Source of the DNA: a virus
Taxonomy: Duplodnaviria; Caudoviricetes
IMG/VR virus record: IMGVR_UViG_3300013383_000001
Coordinates: 1 to 64,000 of that record
Strand: one strand, 5' to 3'
Length of the DNA: 64,000 bases
Under the pieces are notes generated by a model, which was not told the DNA's origin, did not search any database, and saw nothing but the letters and a program-made list of their open reading frames with translations. Shown piece by piece: positions 57,081-64,000 of the stretch. The stretch's first letter is position 1, and each line of letters opens with the position of its first letter. Both the position numbers and the translations under genes were made by a program.

Positions 57081-60000
57081 AAAGAGATTACGCAGCTAAT
57101 TCATTTAATAAAGGAATGATAATGGATTTGAATCCATTATAGATGACTGATGAGGCAATGACCTATTGCTTGAATGGTACTATATTAACATATAATGGTA
57201 ATGAAAATGCTCTACAATGTGATATGGGAAACGGTAGAGTAGAAACTGCTGTCCTACCAGAAGGATATATTCCTATGGGAACATGTTCTTATGGGGGAAT
57301 AATATATATAGTATCATATAATCCTTTAAAGGATTTATGTCAGATAGGTTCATTTCCTTCACCAGAGAGAAATATAGATTCAACAGAATTAAGTCCTGCA
57401 GTATATGATTTAAAAGAAACTGATATAGTTAATAAAGATGTATTAATACCGTCTCATAAATTAGAGTTGACTACTGAAAATTTATCTCCAGGAGATAAAT
57501 TTATGGTAGTAGCTAAAGATTTAGATGGAAGATACTTATCAGATTACTATAATACTGATAATACTATTGGAGGATTTCCAGGATTATGGAAAATGCGTTT
57601 AGCATCAATAGAAGATTCTGGAAAAATAACATACTTCGATAATGTAAAATGGTATGATAATAAATACTATATAAAGGAAACTAACGAGGATTTAGAAAAT
57701 AAATCTGAATTGAATGTAGATGAATATAGATCTATAGTTAGTTCTGCGTACACTATATTTAAAAGTAAATCATCGGGTAAACTTGCTATAATAGTAGAAC
57801 CTGAGATGATTGATGATTTCAGTTGTTCCTATAGTTTGTATGTAACAACAAATGAAAAGACAAACCAAGTAGAATATAAGGTATATTTAAATGTATCGTG
57901 GAATACATCTGATGTAAATATAAACCCAAGTTGTATACATGTTGAAAGTGACAAGATTTCAGGTGAATTTGATTTAAATAATTCTTATAATCTTGATTTA
58001 GAACACACTGAAGATTCGTATAAATTTTTTAAGCAGAATAATGCTAAAATAAAAACTGCTACTTTTAATAAAGAACATAGTGTTGGTACAACTATAGTCC
58101 AACTAAATTGTTAGGAAATAGACCAAAAGAAGAAATTATATAAAATATATAATAATGGTGTTCCTACTAAATCGTATTATAGAGATAGTACATACTATTA
58201 TATAGATAGCGATGGGTCTTAGGTAGGTGCAGAAAAGCGTGGAAAATTCTATTTTAAAAGTAATAAGTTTGAGAATATATCTGATGATATTGTAAACAAT
58301 GAGTATGATACTGATGTTAGTATTCATATTGGAACACTTACAGATCCTAAAGGAATATTAGAGTTGAAAGTAACTCCTTGGATGCTTTCAGGTGCTATGG
58401 ATCATCTATCTCAAACTATAAAAATAGATTTCGATAAAGTAGGAACTGGAGAAATATCATTAGACACTTGGAGATATTATCAATATAGTGATACTTTACT
58501 TTTAAATTGGGGAATCGATGCTAATCCTAAACCAGGAGAAGATGTTAGTAAAGTAGTAATGACTTTCTATGATAATCAAGGTCCAGCTGCTTGTTATATT
58601 GCAGATGATTATACTTCTTATAATGGTAAATTCTTAAACTATATCAATCTAGATAGAACGTCTGAATATTACGATATTAGTAATATTTTAAATGATGGAT
58701 CTATTATAAAACATATAGGAAAGTAGATAGAAATCTAGGATTTTGAATTAAGTAATTATAAGGATCAGTTTGATAATCATACAATTCTTATCACATCTAA
58801 TGATGATCCTTTGAATCCTGAATTTGTAGAATATTCTGATTCTGTTAAAAGTTCTACTCACAAGTTCTGGGAAAATGATTCAGGTATTCTTTACAAGAAT
58901 ATTCTTTATCTTGTGAAGATAGATATGTATACTTCTCATCGGGATACATTTACGCAGACAATAGGAGATCCTGTAACCGCATGGAGATGGTTATGGACTA
59001 ATGGAATATTCAATGATCAATATGATACAGAACTTGATTTTAATGAACTACGTCCTGAATTAAATCTTCGTGTATCTGCACAATATTCTGGTACTCTTAT
59101 CCCTGAATCTGATGAATCAAATAAAATAAGTTATACTTTTTCTGAAAATTAGATTCCTATAGAGAAACGAATAGGAGATGTAGTTTAGAAGTTAAAAAAT
59201 GCTTATATTAATGTAGATACTGATTTATATTTTGAGGATAATTATGAAACCTTTTAGATAGATGCTGAATAGGTAAGTAATATTACAAGTAAATTTGCAA
59301 TTACTAAGGATATAGATAATAGAGGAAATATTAAATCTGATCCAGAAGAACCTACTTTAATTAGAGGTAATTCTAATGATGAAGTATTTACTCGTCCCGA
59401 AGGTATGAAGGATCATGCAGAAGTGTATATGAAAGTTTTTGGGATAAAACCAGTACCTGCTGAGCAAGAATTTGTATCTGCATATACAAATGACTCTGTT
59501 GTATAGGATGTTGATTGGTATAATGTTAAAAAACCAATGTCGTTTGAAGTAAATGCAGAAATCCATAATCCATATTTCTTATCTTCAGATGCAGATAAAA
59601 CTACATCTACAGTTACTACTATAAGACCTTTTATAAAGTATGAATCTGATTTACATAAGTACAATCTTCAGTTATTAAAAAAATATAACCCAAGATATGT
59701 TACTTTAATGGATTAGGCTATTGCTAAATATTGGAATGATTATTTTAATCACAACGGAGGATTAAATACAGAGCAATAGAGTATTAAAACTTACAAAGCT
59801 GTAGTTGATCCAACTATACCTCCAAGTCCATCTAAAGATATAGATGATCTTGTAAAACCTGATGAAAATTTCTCAGGATCAGGAGGATCAGGAGATTCTG
59901 AAAATACAGGTGTTGGTGGAACTGATGCACAAAATAGATATGGAACAATTACATTTAGAAATGCTCTTGTGCTTGGATTTGGTGATAATGATGGGAATAG

Positions 60001-61540
60001 TTGTTTTCGTGGTGCATATATCGCCTCTTTATCTAAACCTTATAGAGCTGGAAGTGTAAAACGTATATTATGTGAAAGTATAGGGGAAGATACAAAGTCG
60101 ATGTCATTAGATATGTTGACAAAAGACAAAGATGTTATAGAACAATCTAAAAAAATATCTCCGTTATTTTATCCTACATTATTTATGGCATTTTGTAGAG
60201 ATATAGATGGATTACATACTAATCAAGGTGGAGATAAATTTGAAGCAGACCTTCATATTGGTACTTATTCAAAATTAAAAGATACTAAGGATGATGATAC
60301 TTACAAAAAATTAAACATAAATACAAGTGTACATGGCAGGTGGCTTCCTAATTATAATGAAGATACTGATTCTTATCGAAAGGTATATAATGGAATTGAG
60401 AAAAGAAATGGATTCAGTCTTTACGGAGGATATATTGGGTGTACAACTACTAATGGAGTAGTTGTTGATTTTTTAAATAGACCTGTTAGTACATAGACAG
60501 AATTAATAGAATCAGACATGAACTCTTAGTTTCCTTGGGCAGATAGATCTGTTATGAATGTAGCTTCCGAGTTTGTATTAGGCTTGTTGGGATAGCTTTA
60601 TTATAAGGACAGATCTGAAGTAAGAGAGGGGTATCATTATAAATACTTAAATTATTTTGAAGATAGAGTAGTATCTTATGTTAAAGATATTCTTTATAAA
60701 CCTGTAATTAGTAATAAAGTAACTAACACTAATAAGTTACTTCTTCTTAGAGGATTAAAGTATTCAGATTATTTATCTTCAATTGCAACAAAGGCAAAAC
60801 TTCTTGCAGATAATGTGGACTATTCAAATTCTAAGGTTAAAATAAATCAATTAGTTACTAATATTCCTATTATTCTTAATTTTAACGTAACAACTCCAGA
60901 TATAGAAGATGGAGTTATAAATTGTCAAAGATGGGATATTGAGCAAGGTAAGTATATTGAAAATAGGATTACTTTGAATTTTGATTCTATCGGAGTTTAT
61001 AATGAAGAAACTCATGCAATGGAAGATATAACAGGATTAACGCATCCTTTATACTTCATGGAATATGTACCAGAAAGCATCGACAGAGAAGGAGGAGAAG
61101 AGAATACATTCTGCCTTAAAAAGATTAGACGTCCTATAAGATCTAATAAATGGTTAATTGATACAGATAAAATTGGGGACGATGGAGTTAAGGTGTAGGT
61201 ATATGATGTTGAGCATTATCCAGATTGGAAATTTTCTATACAAGAACTAATACCTTATTTAGAAATAAAAGAGAATACATTAAATATAAAAGATTCTATT
61301 TCTGATATAGGATTTATACAAAATTCTGTATCAACTTTTGTTTCCTCTTCTAATAAAAAGGATGATGATAGTGCAGAAGCTCGATAGGTTGACAGTTTAA
61401 CATTGTATGAATTTTTTAGAGATGAAACTAAAGAAATAATAAGGAGTATAGATAAAGACAATAATGTAACTTATACTGAAGATGAATATACTTTACAGCA
61501 ACGGTGGGATAGTAAACGATATAATACATGGAACATATAA
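57077..61540 (+). CDS. large tail (stabilization/muzzle-like) protein (TAG=Gln)
   Basis: Five track fragments in one frame; NSFNKGMIMDLNP...NGNENALQCDMGNGRV N-terminus; 1487 aa. Confidence 0.75.
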
Positions 61541-64000
61541 CATCTTTATTTAACGGAACTACTAAGTTCTATGTGTAGACTAAACGTCTTCCACAAGAAG
61601 GAAACTTAGTATACGAATACAATCCGTTTCGTAATTATAGATTAGATGAGGATTTATATGAATACGAAGATAACTATTATACTCTTGGGGAACTTGCTTA
61701 GTTAGACATTATTCCAAATTGCAATATAATTGCTGCAGAAGATGATAAAGAACTTTCTATGAAGGAATTTAATGATCTAAACTATAATCCGTCTAAAAAT
61801 ATAACATATTTAATTTCTAAATACTCTGGGTATGTAACAGATAGAATATACACTAAGCGAATCTTGATAAGAAATATCTATAAAGAAGAACTTAAAAGAG
61901 CTTTACATAATTACTTTACACAAAATAAATTAAATGAGTGGTCTGGAGTTCCTGAAAATAAAACAGACCCTGTCCTAAGAGAAGCAGGTGAATTAGTTGA
62001 TTTCATAACACCTGAATTAGAATTTGATTTAGAACATCCTGTTAGTTTACTTCCTTAGAAATCATACGATAATTCAGTAAATCTTATTATAAATGATGGG
62101 AAAACATATCCTAAACTTATAAATAATAGATTTAGCGTTAAAGGAAGAAACCAGTATGAAATAATTGATCGTAAAGGAACTTCTGATACTAATATTTATG
62201 ATAGGGGTGAATAGTTTAAATCTGATACATCTCTTTATAAAATAACAGAGAAGTTTGCTAAGATTAAGCTGAAAGGAGTTTCTTATGGAGGTAATTTAAA
62301 AGTAGGAAACTATTTCTTCTATTTCAAATTAGCAGATTCAGATGGTAATGAATCTGACTTTATAGGAGAATCTGGATTAGTAAGTATATTCCTTGGAAAT
62401 AGTTATAAAACAGCAAGAACAGGAGAAAGAGATAATAATAGTTCTAAAAAAGTATCTTTCTACATATCTAATCTTGATACATCATATACATACATTCATG
62501 TGTACTATTCTAGAACATCTGCAGAAATATGGTAGAATAGTACTACAACGTATGCACAAATAGATAGAAAATATCTTATTTCTTCAAACGGAACATCTAA
62601 CATAGAAATAACTGGATTTGAAGAAGTAATAGATAAAACATTAGAAGATATAAATTGTTTCTATAGTATAGTTGAAAGTGCAGAAGCTCAAGAGCAATGT
62701 CAAAATATGTTGTTCCTAGCAAATGTATAGAAGACTAAAATTAATTATACTGAATTAGAAGATCTATCTTTAAGAGTACTTCCATATCTAAATGAAGAAG
62801 AATATAAGACTAAATTAAATCATAAATATAATTTACAAACAAATGAATTAGGTTATGTTGATCCTACATTCATTTATAATAAGACAGGATATTGGAATGA
62901 AGAATTATATAGATTTGGTATAGTCTATATATTAAATAATGGAGAATTGTCTCCTGTATTTAACATAAGAGGTGCTTTAAATATAAATTCAGACATAAAG
63001 TATTCTGATATACCTTTACGAAATAAGAAAGGAGTTCGTAATTATATTTAGTATGATGAAGAAACATATCAGTTAAAGAACAATACTAAAGATGATACTG
63101 AAAAAGTAACTGCTTCGTTTGAAAATTCAAAAGGTGTAGTCAGATTAACTTCTTTAAAAGATACTGATATAATTCATTCTTTTAAGTTTATAATATCTGA
63201 TGAAGTAAAGTAGGAAATGCAGAAATATGCACGAGGTTTCTTTATTGTTAGATAGAAACGTATGCCTATGTTACTTGTGCAAGGTGTTACATTAGGTATT
63301 GATAAACACTCTCGTACTCCGACTATTCCTACTGCTGGACCTATTTTAAGTAGTCAAGCAAGTAAATTAGAAAAAACTAATGTAGCAGTAGATAATATAA
63401 ACGGAGTAAACTATGTATCTGAAGGATTCCTGTCTAGATACCATTATTACTTCAAAAGAAAGAAGGGATCTATATGGAGTCAAATACTTAAGATAGGTGC
63501 GTTAGTTGTTGGCGCAGCAGCTTTAGCAGCCGCAGTTGTATTTACAGTAGGTGCTGCAGGTGCTGCAGGTGCTGTTGCTGGAGCGGCAGCAGCCACTGTT
63601 ATAGCAGAAGGTACCGCTTCCGTAGTAGGAGCATTGCCAGTGATTGGTATAGTAGCAGGAGCAACTATTGGTGCTACAGTTGTAGCTGCATCTACAGAAT
63701 CTATAGTATTAGCAACTAAGTCTGGGAAAACTACTTTAGATGGGTGGAGAACTAAAACACCATCAGGATTTACTAAAGAGGAAGAGGATGATTCTAGAAA
63801 GTTAACACAAGACTTTAAAGAAAGAATGATTATAAAAGATCCTTCTTAGAATGAAGTTTAGTGTATACTATCTCCTGAATACGAAACTAATATAGCATAT
63901 TTTAATACTATATTCTCTGGTAATACACATTATATATAGAGTGCTATAAGTTAGAATCAATTACAAATAGAATCTGAAGATGGAACTATAAGACCATATT
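61528..64000 (+). CDS. large tail protein, partial at window end (TAG=Gln)
   Basis: Track fragments 61759 and 63262 in frame; GGNLKVGNYFFY and GYWNEELYRFGIVY motifs. Confidence 0.75.

Noticed and set aside
5397-64000. Apparent mass pseudogenisation (fragmented ORFs)
   Set aside because: Fragments stay in frame and are broken only by TAG or by introns; recoding explains them.

Overview
64 kb of a large, AT-rich crAss-like (Crassvirales-type, Bacteroidota-infecting) phage genome. The supplied standard-code ORF track is fragmented because TAG is read as Gln (translation table 15). With TAG=Gln the genes tile with 1-4 nt overlaps and every complete gene I reconstructed ends in TAA or TGA. Layout: (1) 1-1.7 kb, small minus-strand genes with a hammerhead ribozyme between two of them; (2) a strand switch with iteron-like repeats, followed by an SF2 helicase; (3) an amber-suppressor tRNA (anticodon CUA, Gln-like acceptor stem) that is split inside the anticodon by a ~991-nt group I intron encoding an HNH endonuclease; (4) an 11-kb minus-strand cluster of putative virion-cargo and peptidoglycan-hydrolase genes; (5) from 16.7 kb, the plus-strand morphogenesis region: nuclease, GroES-like protein, terminase, portal, fibre/RBP genes, u-spanin, amidase, major capsid protein and tail genes. 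Six group I introns are present: tRNA, terL, portal, a conserved hypothetical gene, and two in the capsid gene. The most striking observation is that the tRNA apparently needed to decode the recoded late genes exists only after intron self-splicing. All calls come from manual reading and motif recognition; no database searches were run.
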